Assembly (NCBI GenBank): GCA_000989515.1
Contig: LBOM01000005.1
Location: 2,709-66,708 of the forward strand
Source of the DNA: Candidatus Nomurabacteria bacterium GW2011_GWE1_32_28
Lineage (GTDB): Bacteria; Patescibacteriota; Minisyncoccia; Phycocordibacterales; UBA9973
Direction: 5' to 3'
Length of the DNA stretch: 64,000 nucleotides
Shown here: positions 1 to 9,923 of the stretch, in pieces
Layout of the letters: each line of letters begins with the position of its first letter
How positions within the stretch are numbered: position 1 is the first letter of the stretch
Notes under the pieces: model-generated
What the model saw: only the letters and a program-made list of their open reading frames with translations
Database searches by the model: none
What the model was told of the DNA's origin: nothing
Position numbers and translations under genes: made by a program

Positions 1-865
1 TTCTTTAGAATCTTTAGGGTTTCACGGTGAAGGGCTAGAACGAATTCATGATTCTTTAAAACAAAGAATAGGAATGGTGTTGGCTACTGGACCTACTGGT
101 TCTGGAAAGACAACGACACTTTATACGATGCTTGATATTTTAAATAGGCCAGAAGTTAATATTTCTACAGTAGAAGATCCTATTGAATATCAAATACAAC
201 GTGTAAATCAGACTCAAGTAAAGCCAGAGATTGGTCTTACTTTTGCAAATGGGCTTCGTTCTCTTTTGCGACAAGACCCTGATATTCTAATGGTAGGAGA
301 GATTCGTGATAACGAGACAGCAGGACTTGCAATCAATGCTTCTCTCACAGGACATCTTGTTTTGTCTACAATACATACCAATTCTGCATCAGGAGCTATT
401 CCAAGATTGATAGATATAGGAGTCTTGCCCTTTTTAATAATTTCAACTGTTAAAACTATTATTGCACAAAGGTTGGTAAGAAAACTTGTAGATAGTAAAG
501 AAAAATATTTTTTATCTACTAATGAAATAAAAAATTTAGGTAAGCTTGTTGATTTAGATCGCATGCTTTTAATACTTAAAAATGAAAAAATAATAGGACC
601 TGAGGATGAATGGAAAGAAGTTCCATTTTATAAACCAGTAAAAAATAATGAATCTGTAGATGGATATGCAGGTCGTATTGGAATACACGAAGTATTAAAA
701 GTTTCTTCTTCTATAAAAGAATTAATTATACGTGGAAGTTCTCAGGACGAGATAGAAGAACAAGCAAAAAAAGAGGGCATGATAACCATTTTAGAAGATG
801 GTGTTTTTAATGCTGTTTTGGGTCAAACAAGTCTAGAGGAAGTGTTTAGGGTTGTTAGTGAATAG
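1..865 (+). CDS. pilB: Type IV pilus/T2SS assembly ATPase (GspE/PilB family), C-terminal part; 5' end lies outside the window (frame is open from position 2)
   Basis: Walker [11 protein letters not shown] and GspE-type conserved boxes; the reading frame continues without a stop to the window edge upstream of the annotated M at 74. Confidence 0.85.
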   Translation, partial: SLESLGFHGEGLERIHDSLKQRIGMVLATGPTGSGKTTTLYTMLDILNRPEVNISTVEDPIEYQIQRVNQTQVKPEIGLTFANGLRSLLRQDPDILMVGEIRDNETAGLAINASLTGHLVLSTIHTNSASGAIPRLIDIGVLPFLIISTVKTIIAQRLVRKLVDSKEKYFLSTNEIKNLGKLVDLDRMLLILKNEKIIGPEDEWKEVPFYKPVKNNESVDGYAGRIGIHEVLKVSSSIKELIIRGSSQDEIEEQAKKEGMITILEDGVFNAVLGQTSLEEVFRVVSE

Positions 866-882
866 TTGATCAGAATATATCT

Positions 883-2100
883 ATGCTTTTTACTTATAAA
901 GCAAAATTAAAAAATGGAGAAATTTTTGAAGGGATGATGGAAGCGACAGACCGTCTTTCTCTTTCTCGTGAGTTAAAATCTCGTGGAAATATTCCAATAT
1001 CTATATCAGAACATGACAATAATTCCTCTTATTTTTTGTCTTTATTTCAGCGTTTATTTTCAAGAATAAAAAATGAAGAATTAATTATTTTTACTAAAAA
1101 TTTGAGTGGGATGCTTAAAGCAGGACTTTCCTTGTTTAGAGCATTATCAGTTCTAAAAAAACAAACAAAAAATACTGAGTTAAATAAAATATTAACATCA
1201 TTGAGTGAGGAAATAAATGCTGGTGGAACTCTTTCTTCTGGTCTTGTAAAATTCCCTAATGTTTTTTCTAAACTTTTTATATCTATGACACGTGCAGGGG
1301 AAGAATCTGGTGATCTTGCTGGTGCTCTGACCGAAGTCGGTATGAATTTAGAAAAAGCACAGTCTTTGAGTAAAAAAGTTAAAGGTGCTCTTATTTACCC
1401 TGGTGTTATTTTATCTGCTATGATTTTGATAGGTGTATTAATGTTTGCTTTTGTTGTACCTACTCTTGCTAGAACATTTCAAGAGCTTGGTGTAGAGTTG
1501 CCCACATCTACAAAATTTATAATTTTGTTAGGTAATTTTTTCTCTGAATATTTATTATTATCATTTGTTTTAATAATAGGATCTGTCTTTAGTATTGTCT
1601 CTTTTTTGCGTGCTCCGTTTATGACTAAGTATGTTGATTTTGTGATTTTAAGGCTTCCTTTTGTTGGTAATTTATCGAAAGAATTAAATACTGCACGTAC
1701 TACGCGTACAATGTCTTCCCTTTTATTATCAGGAGTTTCTATTATTAGGGCATTAGATATAACAAAAGATGTTGTTCAAAATGTTTATTATAAAAAAGTG
1801 TTAATGCAAGCCAAGGAGGAAATAGAAAAAGGTGCTCCATTTTCAAAAGCTTTTGAAGAAAACTTAGATCTTTATCCAGTTATGATGACAGAAATGATAG
1901 AAGTAGGAGAGGAGACTGGTAAGTTGTCGGATATGTTGCTTCAGGTTTCTTCTTTTTATGAAGCAGAGATAGAAAATAAAACTAAAAATCTTTCTGTGGT
2001 TATTGAGCCTCTACTTATGATTTTTATTGGTGCTGCTGTCGGATTCTTTGCTATATCTATGATTTCACCTTTGTATTCAGTGCTGGACAATATTCAATAA
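883..2100 (+). CDS. pilC: Type IV pilus assembly platform protein (GspF/PilC family)
   Basis: 405 aa, three TM segments, duplicated GspF-like domains, sits directly after pilB. Confidence 0.8.
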   Translation: MLFTYKAKLKNGEIFEGMMEATDRLSLSRELKSRGNIPISISEHDNNSSYFLSLFQRLFSRIKNEELIIFTKNLSGMLKAGLSLFRALSVLKKQTKNTELNKILTSLSEEINAGGTLSSGLVKFPNVFSKLFISMTRAGEESGDLAGALTEVGMNLEKAQSLSKKVKGALIYPGVILSAMILIGVLMFAFVVPTLARTFQELGVELPTSTKFIILLGNFFSEYLLLSFVLIIGSVFSIVSFLRAPFMTKYVDFVILRLPFVGNLSKELNTARTTRTMSSLLLSGVSIIRALDITKDVVQNVYYKKVLMQAKEEIEKGAPFSKAFEENLDLYPVMMTEMIEVGEETGKLSDMLLQVSSFYEAEIENKTKNLSVVIEPLLMIFIGAAVGFFAISMISPLYSVLDNIQ

Positions 2101-2105
2101 AAAAT

Positions 2106-2573
2106 ATGAAAAAATTTTATCAAAAAGGAATAAGTGTTATAGAAATATTATTAGTTGTAGCGATAATAGGTATTTTATCTTTGATTGTATTTCCTCAATT
2201 TTCAAAAATAAAAGAAAATCAAATATTTAAAAATACAATAGAAGATGTCGTGTCTACTTTGCATAGTGCCCAGTCTCAAAGTTTGGCATCTGTTGATTCC
2301 TTCGAGTATGGTGTACATTTTGAATCTGATGAAATAATAATTTTTAAAGGAAATATTTTTTCTGAAAGTGCTTTAGATAATAAAATTATAAAAATAATTT
2401 CTCCAGCCAATATTTCTAATGTTACATTGGGAGGTGTCAGTTCTAGTTCTGGGGATGTTTATTTTGAACGTCTTTCTGGTGTGCCAAACAAGGTAGGCAC
2501 CATAACTGTTTCTGTTCCTTCTACCTCGAAGATTATTACGATTTATTCCACTGGAGCAGTTGGTGTAGATTAA
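2106..2573 (+). CDS. Type IV pilin (prepilin with class III signal peptide)
   Basis: N-terminus KG|ISVIEILLVVAIIGIL: Gly cleavage site, Glu at +5, hydrophobic helix. Confidence 0.7.
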   Translation: MKKFYQKGISVIEILLVVAIIGILSLIVFPQFSKIKENQIFKNTIEDVVSTLHSAQSQSLASVDSFEYGVHFESDEIIIFKGNIFSESALDNKIIKIISPANISNVTLGGVSSSSGDVYFERLSGVPNKVGTITVSVPSTSKIITIYSTGAVGVD

Positions 2574-2642
2574 AGTCAATTACGAATCAACAATTACGAA
2601 TTACGAATGAAAAAATTAGATTAGAAAATACGAAATAAAAAA

Positions 2643-3125
2643 ATGAAGAATTTTAAAAAAATTTCAGGCGGATTTATGATGGTAGAAGTAATAGTGGCAA
2701 TATCTATTATTGTTGTTTCTGTTTTGGCTGCAATGTCTGTTACCCAAAAATCTATTTTTGTTTCTCGTCAAGCACTTCATGTAAAAGAGGCTTCATTCTT
2801 ACTAGAAGAGGGTGCTGAGTCAATGCGGATTATTCGGGATAATTCATGGAATAATATTTCTACATTAAATATTGGTACTGATTATTATTTTACTTTTTCA
2901 GGTGGAACATGGACATTATCTAATATACCGTCTACTACTGGGATCTTTGTTAGAAAAGTAAATATATCAAATGTTAATCGTAATGTGTCTACCGATGATA
3001 TAGAAAGCCTGGGTATAGACGATCCTGGAACTAAATTAATTACTATTACTGTATCTTGGATTGATGGAGGAGAAACACTAAGTAAGACTTTATCTTTTTA
3101 TATTATGGATATTTTTTCAGAATAA
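2643..3125 (+). CDS. Pseudopilin / minor pilin
   Basis: GG|FMMVEVIVAISIIVV prepilin-type N-terminus with Glu at +5. Confidence 0.6.
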   Translation: MKNFKKISGGFMMVEVIVAISIIVVSVLAAMSVTQKSIFVSRQALHVKEASFLLEEGAESMRIIRDNSWNNISTLNIGTDYYFTFSGGTWTLSNIPSTTGIFVRKVNISNVNRNVSTDDIESLGIDDPGTKLITITVSWIDGGETLSKTLSFYIMDIFSE

Positions 3126-3131
3126 AATCTT

Positions 3132-3668
3132 ATGAAAAATTTTTATACAACAAAAAAAGTAAATAAATCATTCTGTTTTAAGAGTAAACGAAATAGCGGA
3201 TATGCTCTTTTGGAAACTATTTTTTATATTCTTCTTTTTGCTATTCTTTCTATTGCTGTGATTAACTCTATGATTACTATGACAAAAGCTTTTAGTGAAA
3301 CCACAATACAAGCAGAATTAATGCAGGGAGGTAGTACACTAGAAAGAATCTCTCGAGAAATAAGAGGTGCTTATAGTATAAATTCAATAACTTCAAACAG
3401 TTTAAAACTTAATACAAAAGATGCAGAAGGGGTAAATAAAACCATAGAATTTTCATTGCTTGATTCTAATATTAGGCTGTTGGAGAATGATATATTTATT
3501 GGAAATTTGAATACATCAAATATTGTAGTAAACAACATTGTCTTTACACAAATAAATACAACTAAAAGTACGGCGATAAAAATAGTTTTAACTGTCAAGT
3601 CTGGTCATGATTTACAAGATCGTACTGAAGATTTTTATAATACAGTAGTTCTTCGTGGTGATTATTAA
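3132..3668 (+). CDS. Pseudopilin / minor pilin
   Basis: SG|YALLETIFYILLF prepilin-like N-terminus with Glu at +5. Confidence 0.55.
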   Translation: MKNFYTTKKVNKSFCFKSKRNSGYALLETIFYILLFAILSIAVINSMITMTKAFSETTIQAELMQGGSTLERISREIRGAYSINSITSNSLKLNTKDAEGVNKTIEFSLLDSNIRLLENDIFIGNLNTSNIVVNNIVFTQINTTKSTAIKIVLTVKSGHDLQDRTEDFYNTVVLRGDY

Positions 3669-3695
3669 GCAAATCACGAATTATAAATTTTAAAA

Positions 3696-5456
3696 ATGCA
3701 AAAACAAAAACAAAAAAAAGTTAATAATCAGTCAGGTGCTGCAATGTTGGTGTCTATTGTTTTTTTTCTTTTTATTTCTCTTGCTATAATTTCTGGTCTT
3801 GTTTCACCATCTATTCGTGAATTTAAAAATGCTAATGTTGATTTAAGTTCAAAGAGATCATTTTTCTTAGCTGAATCAGGTATTGAAGATGCATTTTATA
3901 GAATATTAAAAAATAAAATGATAGGAACAAATGAAAATATTACGCTCGATTCTAATTCGACCACGACTACTATTACAACTCTGGAAGGTGGTGAAAAGCA
4001 GATTATGTCACTTGGTGATGTTTCAAATTATGAAAGACAAATAGGTTTAAAACTTTCTACTGGCAGTGGTGTTTCTTTCAATTATGGAGTACAGGTAGGA
4101 CAAGGTGGTATTAATTTAGTTGGTAGTGGTACCGTAAACGGAAATATATATGCAAATGGTCCAATTACTGGAGATGGTTCTGCTATCATCACTGGTACAG
4201 CAATTTCAGCTAATAGTCCTGCTCTAGCTGCAGACCAAGAAAATGGAGTTGGAATTCCAGACTACAATGTTACATTTGGAAATACAAATAGTACTCAAGA
4301 TATTGCTCAAAGTTTTAAAGTTGGAACAGAAAGTCCATTAAATAAAATTCAAATTTATGTTAAAAAAGTTGGTAATCCAAGTAATGCTACTGTTAAGATA
4401 GTCAATGATGTAAATGGAAATCCTGGTACTACAATATATGCTAGTGGAACACTTTCTGCTTCTGCTGTTACTACTTCATATGGATGGTTAAATATTACTT
4501 TCTCGTCTAACCCGTTACTTGATGTTGCCACGACTTATTGGTTAATTCTTGATGCAAGTACTTCTAGTAGTAAATATTATGTTATTGGTGCATCAAATAA
4601 TGGATATTTAAATGGTGTTGGAAAGATTGGTCAATCAAGTGGGATCTGGAACAATACAACACCAGAAGGACTTGATTATTATTTTGGTATTTACCTTGGT
4701 GGTTTTAATGGACTTATACAAGGTAATTCTCTTAGTCAGTGGAATCAGCTTCATGTTGGTACTATATCTGGTTCTGCTCAGGCTCATACTGTAAATTATA
4801 CGAACGCTACTGGAAATATATATTGTCAAACAGGGACTGGTAACAACAAGCCTTGTATCTTGCAGACTGATCCGACTTATATAGATTTTCCTGTTTCAGA
4901 AGCAAATATTTTACAATGGAAAACAGAAGCAGAGGCAGGTGGAGTTTATAATGGTAATTATTCGGTGGGTTGGGCTGGTGCAACCCTGGGTCCTAAAAAG
5001 ATAATTGGAAATTTGACAGTCTCAGGTGGAGGTATCTTAAATGTTACTGGTAGACTATGGGTTACAGGAGAGATTACTCTTAATGGTGGTGGAACGATTA
5101 AACTTGATTCAAGTTATGGCTCAAATGATGAGGTAATTATTTCTGATGATGAAGTTTCTATTTCTGGAGGAGGTCATGCAAGCGGATCTGGTACTGAAGG
5201 AAGTTATATTATGATGTTTTCTACTTCTACTGAGAGTGATGCAATGTTGATTTCTGGTGGAGCTGGTGCTGTTATTGCATACGCTCCTTTTGGCACTATC
5301 ACTATCTCTGGTGGTGCTTCTCTAAAAGAAGCTACAGGATATAGAATAATTGTCTCTGGTGGATCTAGTATTACTTATGAATCTGGTTTGACTAATAATA
5401 ATTTTTCTAGTGGACCTTCTGGTTCATGGGTAGTAGAAGAATGGATGGAGAAATAA
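3696..5456 (+). CDS. Large (586 aa) pilin-like / PilX-type minor pilin with Gly/Ser/Thr-rich beta-rich C-terminal region
   Basis: N-terminal SG|AAMLVSIVFFLFISLAII hydrophobic prepilin-like helix without Glu+5; last gene of the pilus cluster. Confidence 0.45.
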   Translation: MQKQKQKKVNNQSGAAMLVSIVFFLFISLAIISGLVSPSIREFKNANVDLSSKRSFFLAESGIEDAFYRILKNKMIGTNENITLDSNSTTTTITTLEGGEKQIMSLGDVSNYERQIGLKLSTGSGVSFNYGVQVGQGGINLVGSGTVNGNIYANGPITGDGSAIITGTAISANSPALAADQENGVGIPDYNVTFGNTNSTQDIAQSFKVGTESPLNKIQIYVKKVGNPSNATVKIVNDVNGNPGTTIYASGTLSASAVTTSYGWLNITFSSNPLLDVATTYWLILDASTSSSKYYVIGASNNGYLNGVGKIGQSSGIWNNTTPEGLDYYFGIYLGGFNGLIQGNSLSQWNQLHVGTISGSAQAHTVNYTNATGNIYCQTGTGNNKPCILQTDPTYIDFPVSEANILQWKTEAEAGGVYNGNYSVGWAGATLGPKKIIGNLTVSGGGILNVTGRLWVTGEITLNGGGTIKLDSSYGSNDEVIISDDEVSISGGGHASGSGTEGSYIMMFSTSTESDAMLISGGAGAVIAYAPFGTITISGGASLKEATGYRIIVSGGSSITYESGLTNNNFSSGPSGSWVVEEWMEK

Positions 5457-5484
5457 AATCTATATAATATGATACAATTGTTTT

Positions 5485-6270
5485 ATGTCTAAAAATACTG
5501 TAAATAAAATTACAAAAAAAATAGTATGTGGTAATTGGAAGATGAATCCGCGTTCTTCAGTAGAAGCAGAGAAATTATTTCTTGAAATCATAAAAGAACT
5601 TCCAAGTATTAAAAAAACTGATGTAGTTATTTGTCCTCCTTTTTTATATTTAGAAAAATTTAGAAAAATTTCTAAAAAGATAACATTGGGTGCACAAGAT
5701 GCCTTTATTGGAAATATTGGTGCTTATACTGGAGAGATCTCACCTGAAATGCTTTGTAGTATTGGTTGTAAATATGTTATTTTGGGTCACTCAGAAAGAC
5801 GCACATTAGGAGAAAATAATAATGATATAAATAAAAAAATAAAATCCACGCTTTCTTCTGGACTTGTTCCTGTTGTTTGTGTTGGAGAAAATATGAGAGA
5901 TGAAAATCATGAATATTTAAATTTTATAAAGACACAGATAGAAGAGTCTCTGGATAAAGTTTCCAGAAATTCTATCTCGAAGATTGTTATTGCTTATGAG
6001 CCAGTTTGGGCTATAGGCAAAGGGGCATTACCTGCAACCCCAGAAGAGTTTAGAGAAATGAATATTTTTATTAGGAAAGTTTTAAGTGATAAATTTGGAG
6101 TTAAGGATATTAAAAATATTAGGATTATTTACGGAGGATCAGTTGACGAAAAAAATACTGAAGAATTTATTAAAAATGGTCATGCAGATGGCTTTCTTCT
6201 AGGAAGAGCAAGCCTAGATCCAAAAAAGTTTTCTAAAATTATAAAAATATGCGAAGCATTAAACAAATAA
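5485..6270 (+). CDS. tpiA: Triosephosphate isomerase
   Basis: CGNWKMN N-terminal motif, AYEPVWAIG(K)G active-site region, GGS...LVGGASL C-terminus. Confidence 0.85.
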   Translation: MSKNTVNKITKKIVCGNWKMNPRSSVEAEKLFLEIIKELPSIKKTDVVICPPFLYLEKFRKISKKITLGAQDAFIGNIGAYTGEISPEMLCSIGCKYVILGHSERRTLGENNNDINKKIKSTLSSGLVPVVCVGENMRDENHEYLNFIKTQIEESLDKVSRNSISKIVIAYEPVWAIGKGALPATPEEFREMNIFIRKVLSDKFGVKDIKNIRIIYGGSVDEKNTEEFIKNGHADGFLLGRASLDPKKFSKIIKICEALNK

Positions 6271-7313
6271 AAAATTTAAAAAATAAAAAAGTATTAGTTC
6301 GTGTAGATTTTAATGTACCTATAAAAAATGGGATCATTTTAGATGATTTTAGAATCAAAAAATCTTTACCGACTATTAAATTCTTAATAAATAAAGGTGC
6401 AAACGTCTTACTCATGACACATTTAGGCAAGGATGGTAGTGAAAGTTTAGAGCCAATAATAAAACATTTTTTTAAAATTTCAAAAATCTCTAAAAATAGA
6501 GTTTCTTTTTTTGAAAACATAAGAAAATTTGAAGGAGAAACAAAAAATGATAAAAATTTTGCAAAAGAGATTTCAAAATTAGGAGATATATATGTAAATG
6601 ATGCTTTTTCTGTTTCTCATAGAAATCATGCATCTATATTATCTTTGCCGAAGTATTTACCAAGCTACGCTGGTTTTCAATTGGAAGAAGAAGTAAAAAG
6701 CTTATCAAGAGTTATAAAAAACATAAAACATCCATTTCTTTATATAACAGGTGGGGCCAAATTTTCAACGAAATTACCTTTGATAAAAAGATATATTAAA
6801 ACAGCAGATTATGTATTTGTAGGTGGTGCATTAGGGAATACTCTTTTGAAAAAGAAAGGATGCGAGACTGGAATTTCGTTAGTAGATTCTGAAAATTATG
6901 ATTTTAAAAATATTTTAAAAAGTAAAAAGATAATCTTACCTAAGGATGTTTTAGTAAGTTCAAATAATAAATTGATTGAGAAAAATTTAGAAAAAATAGA
7001 AAAAGGAGACAATATAATAGATATTGGAGAAAATACAGTTAAAGATTTAACTAGTTTAATTAAGAAATCTAAATTAATTCTTTGGAATGGACCATTGGGT
7101 GAATATGAGAAAGATGGGGGAGAGGCAACAAAAAAGATATTGAAAATAATTTCAAAAACTAATACAGAAAGTATAATAGGGGGAGGAGATATCGTCTCTT
7201 TGATTTCTAAATTAAAATTGGAAAAGAAGTTCACTTTTGTTTCTACAGGAGGAGGAGCTACCTTAGATTTTTTGTCTAATGGAACCCTCCCGGGAATAAA
7301 AGCACTTAAATAA
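6249..7313 (+). CDS. pgk: Phosphoglycerate kinase
   Basis: KKVLVRVDFNVP N-terminal signature, 354 aa, overlaps tpiA by 22 nt. Confidence 0.85.
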   Translation: MRSIKQIKNLKNKKVLVRVDFNVPIKNGIILDDFRIKKSLPTIKFLINKGANVLLMTHLGKDGSESLEPIIKHFFKISKISKNRVSFFENIRKFEGETKNDKNFAKEISKLGDIYVNDAFSVSHRNHASILSLPKYLPSYAGFQLEEEVKSLSRVIKNIKHPFLYITGGAKFSTKLPLIKRYIKTADYVFVGGALGNTLLKKKGCETGISLVDSENYDFKNILKSKKIILPKDVLVSSNNKLIEKNLEKIEKGDNIIDIGENTVKDLTSLIKKSKLILWNGPLGEYEKDGGEATKKILKIISKTNTESIIGGGDIVSLISKLKLEKKFTFVSTGGGATLDFLSNGTLPGIKALK

Positions 7314-7701
7314 TTTCTTTTATTATTTTTTTTGTTACTTCTTCTATTTTTATTTCATTATATTTTTTTGTTGGCCAGTTTGAAAGTCCATCGTTAAAAT
7401 AACGTGGTATTAGATGTATATGAAAATGTGGTATATCTTTTCCACTTATTGCGAGCTGTACATAGTCGCAGTTGAAAGCTTTCTTTATAGCCAGCATTAG
7501 CTTCTTAGACAATTTGAATATTCCAGATATTGTATTATCATCAGCATCTTGCATCCAAATGATATGTTTTTTGGGGATTACTAAGATATGACCAAATGCT
7601 ACTGGTTCAATATCTACAAAAGATAAAAATTCTTCATCTTCATAAATCTTTTCACATGATATTTCTTTTTTAATTATTTTACAGAAGATACAATTTACCA
7701 T
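7306..7701 (-). CDS. HIT (histidine triad) family nucleotide hydrolase
   Basis: HxHxHxx motif HFHIHLIP, 131 aa, N-terminal Cys pair. Confidence 0.75.
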   Translation of the reverse strand: MVNCIFCKIIKKEISCEKIYEDEEFLSFVDIEPVAFGHILVIPKKHIIWMQDADDNTISGIFKLSKKLMLAIKKAFNCDYVQLAISGKDIPHFHIHLIPRYFNDGLSNWPTKKYNEIKIEEVTKKIIKEII

Positions 7702-7737
7702 GCGATTATTATATCAAATTATGTTAAAATTGCATTT

Positions 7738-9390
7738 ATGCAGAAATATTCTGAATTATTAAGGACAATTTTACAAAAAAGGGGAATAAAAGATCAAGCT
7801 TTAGCTGAAATTTTTTTAAATCCAGACTATGAAAGAGATTTACATGATCCATTTAAAATGAAAGATATGGAAAAAGCTTGTGTTAAACTTTTTGAGGTAA
7901 TAGAAAATAAAGAAAAAACTATTATTTATGCTGATTATGATTGTGACGGTATTCCTGGGGCAGTCGTTTTAGAGGATTTATTTAAAAAAATAGGTTATGA
8001 GAATTATAAGGTTTATATTCCTGGTAGAAATTCTGAAGGTTATGGTTTGAATTCTTCTGCCATAGAACAATTTGTCGAAAAAAAAGTGAAACTTTTAATT
8101 ACTATTGATCTTGGAATTACTGCAGTTTCTGAAATTGCTCAAGCAGAAGTACAAGGGATTGATGTCATTGTGACAGATCATCATTTACCACACACTACTT
8201 TGCCTCGCGCGTATGCCATATTAAATCCAAAAGTAGATGATTATCCAGAAAAAACATTGTGTGGAGCTGGAGTTGTTTTTAAATTAGTACAAGGATTTGT
8301 AAAAAAGTATGGTGAATTTTATAAGATAAATACTGGTTGGGAAAAATGGTTATTAGATATGGTTGGTATTGCTACACTTTCAGACCTCGTTCCTCTTTTA
8401 GGAGAGAATAGAGCTTTATCATATTTTGGAATGAAGGTTCTTAAAAAATCACCTCGTGTTGGTTTACAAAAACTTCTTTCTAAAATGAAAATTGACCAGA
8501 AATATTTAAATGAAGATGATGTTGGTTTTATGATAGCACCAAGACTAAATGCAGCATCACGAATGGATGATCCGATGAGAGCTTACGAAATTCTTTCTAC
8601 GGAGGATGAAGTTAATGCTGGTATTCTCGCAGATCATTTATCAAAAATTAATGATGATAGAAAAACAATGGTTGCGAGCATAATGCGTGAAGTAAATAAG
8701 AAATTTGAAAAACGCGAGATTAGAGAAGTTATAGTTGTAGGTAATCCTAAATGGCGCGTCGGTGTCCTTGGACTTGTGGCTAGTAAGATTGTAGATCAAT
8801 ACAAAAGACCTGTTTTTGTTTGGGGTAAAGATGAAAATGATTTAATAAAAGGATCTTGTAGGTCAGATGGTTCAGTATCTCTTGTTGAACTTATGACAGA
8901 AGCTAATGAATCTTTCTTGGAATTTGGTGGACATGAATTTGCTGGTGGTTTTACTGTTGATAATGAAAAGATTCACTCTTTAGAGGATGTTCTTTCTTTG
9001 TCTTTTGTTAAGGTTGCTCGTGATAAGATAGAAGAAAAATTAATCTATGATGTTGAATCTGATTTGAGTATTGTAAACATGAAAAGCTGGCGTGAACTAG
9101 AAAAACTTGCTCCATTTGGTTTTGATAATCCAAAACCTATTTTTTTATTTAAAAATATAAATATAGAAAATATAAAAAAGTTTGGAAAGAATGGTTCTCT
9201 AGAACATTTAGAAATTACTTTTTCTAATATTGGTAAAAATAAGATTAAAGCAATTTCTTTTTTTTCAGATAATGATTCTTTTAAAAAGACCATCAATGAA
9301 GGTGACAAAGCTGATTTATTGGCAACCTTTGATCTTTCTAGGTTTAGAGGAAGAGAAGAGCTAAGATTAAGAATAATTGATATAATATAA
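7738..9390 (+). CDS. recJ: Single-stranded-DNA-specific exonuclease RecJ (DHH/DHHA1)
   Basis: DHH motif VTDHHLP, DHHA1 GGHxxAGG motif EFGGHEFAGGF, 550 aa. Confidence 0.8.
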   Translation: MQKYSELLRTILQKRGIKDQALAEIFLNPDYERDLHDPFKMKDMEKACVKLFEVIENKEKTIIYADYDCDGIPGAVVLEDLFKKIGYENYKVYIPGRNSEGYGLNSSAIEQFVEKKVKLLITIDLGITAVSEIAQAEVQGIDVIVTDHHLPHTTLPRAYAILNPKVDDYPEKTLCGAGVVFKLVQGFVKKYGEFYKINTGWEKWLLDMVGIATLSDLVPLLGENRALSYFGMKVLKKSPRVGLQKLLSKMKIDQKYLNEDDVGFMIAPRLNAASRMDDPMRAYEILSTEDEVNAGILADHLSKINDDRKTMVASIMREVNKKFEKREIREVIVVGNPKWRVGVLGLVASKIVDQYKRPVFVWGKDENDLIKGSCRSDGSVSLVELMTEANESFLEFGGHEFAGGFTVDNEKIHSLEDVLSLSFVKVARDKIEEKLIYDVESDLSIVNMKSWRELEKLAPFGFDNPKPIFLFKNINIENIKKFGKNGSLEHLEITFSNIGKNKIKAISFFSDNDSFKKTINEGDKADLLATFDLSRFRGREELRLRIIDII

Positions 9391-9393
9391 AAA

Positions 9394-9894
9394 ATGAAAA
9401 AAGATAAAATAATAATTTATACAGATGGTGCTGCGAGAGGAAACCCAGGTAAGGCTGGATGGGCAGCTATTATAATCAATTACGAATTACGAATTACGAA
9501 TCCAAAAATAATAGAGCTTGGTGGTTCATCTAGTTATGCCACAAATAACCAAATGGAGCTTTCTGGGCCAATAGGAGCATTAAAATATCTACATTTAAAT
9601 TCCGCTAGGCAAGGCCTAGCGCATGATGTAGAAATTTTTTCTGATTCAAAATACGTTATATTGGGTATTACAGAATGGATTTTTAATTGGCAGAAGAATA
9701 ATTGGAGAAATGCAGCCAAAAAATCAGTTTTGAATAAAGAGCTTTGGGTGGAGCTTTATGAGCTTTCTAGAGAATTTAAGATTAAATGGACTTATGTAGA
9801 AGGTCATAGTGGTGATAAATATAATGAAAGAGCAGATGAAATAGCTACAAATTTTGCTGATGGCAATAAAATAGAATTAAAAAACGAAAGATAA
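9394..9894 (+). CDS. rnhA: Ribonuclease HI
   Basis: IYTDGAARGNPGKAGWAAI N-terminus, TNNQMEL and HSGDKYNERADEIA catalytic regions; carries an in-frame (AATTACGA)3 repeat at 9477-9503. Confidence 0.8.
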   Translation: MKKDKIIIYTDGAARGNPGKAGWAAIIINYELRITNPKIIELGGSSSYATNNQMELSGPIGALKYLHLNSARQGLAHDVEIFSDSKYVILGITEWIFNWQKNNWRNAAKKSVLNKELWVELYELSREFKIKWTYVEGHSGDKYNERADEIATNFADGNKIELKNER

Positions 9895-9923
9895 TTTTTT
9901 ATAATTTTAACCTTAAAATATAA

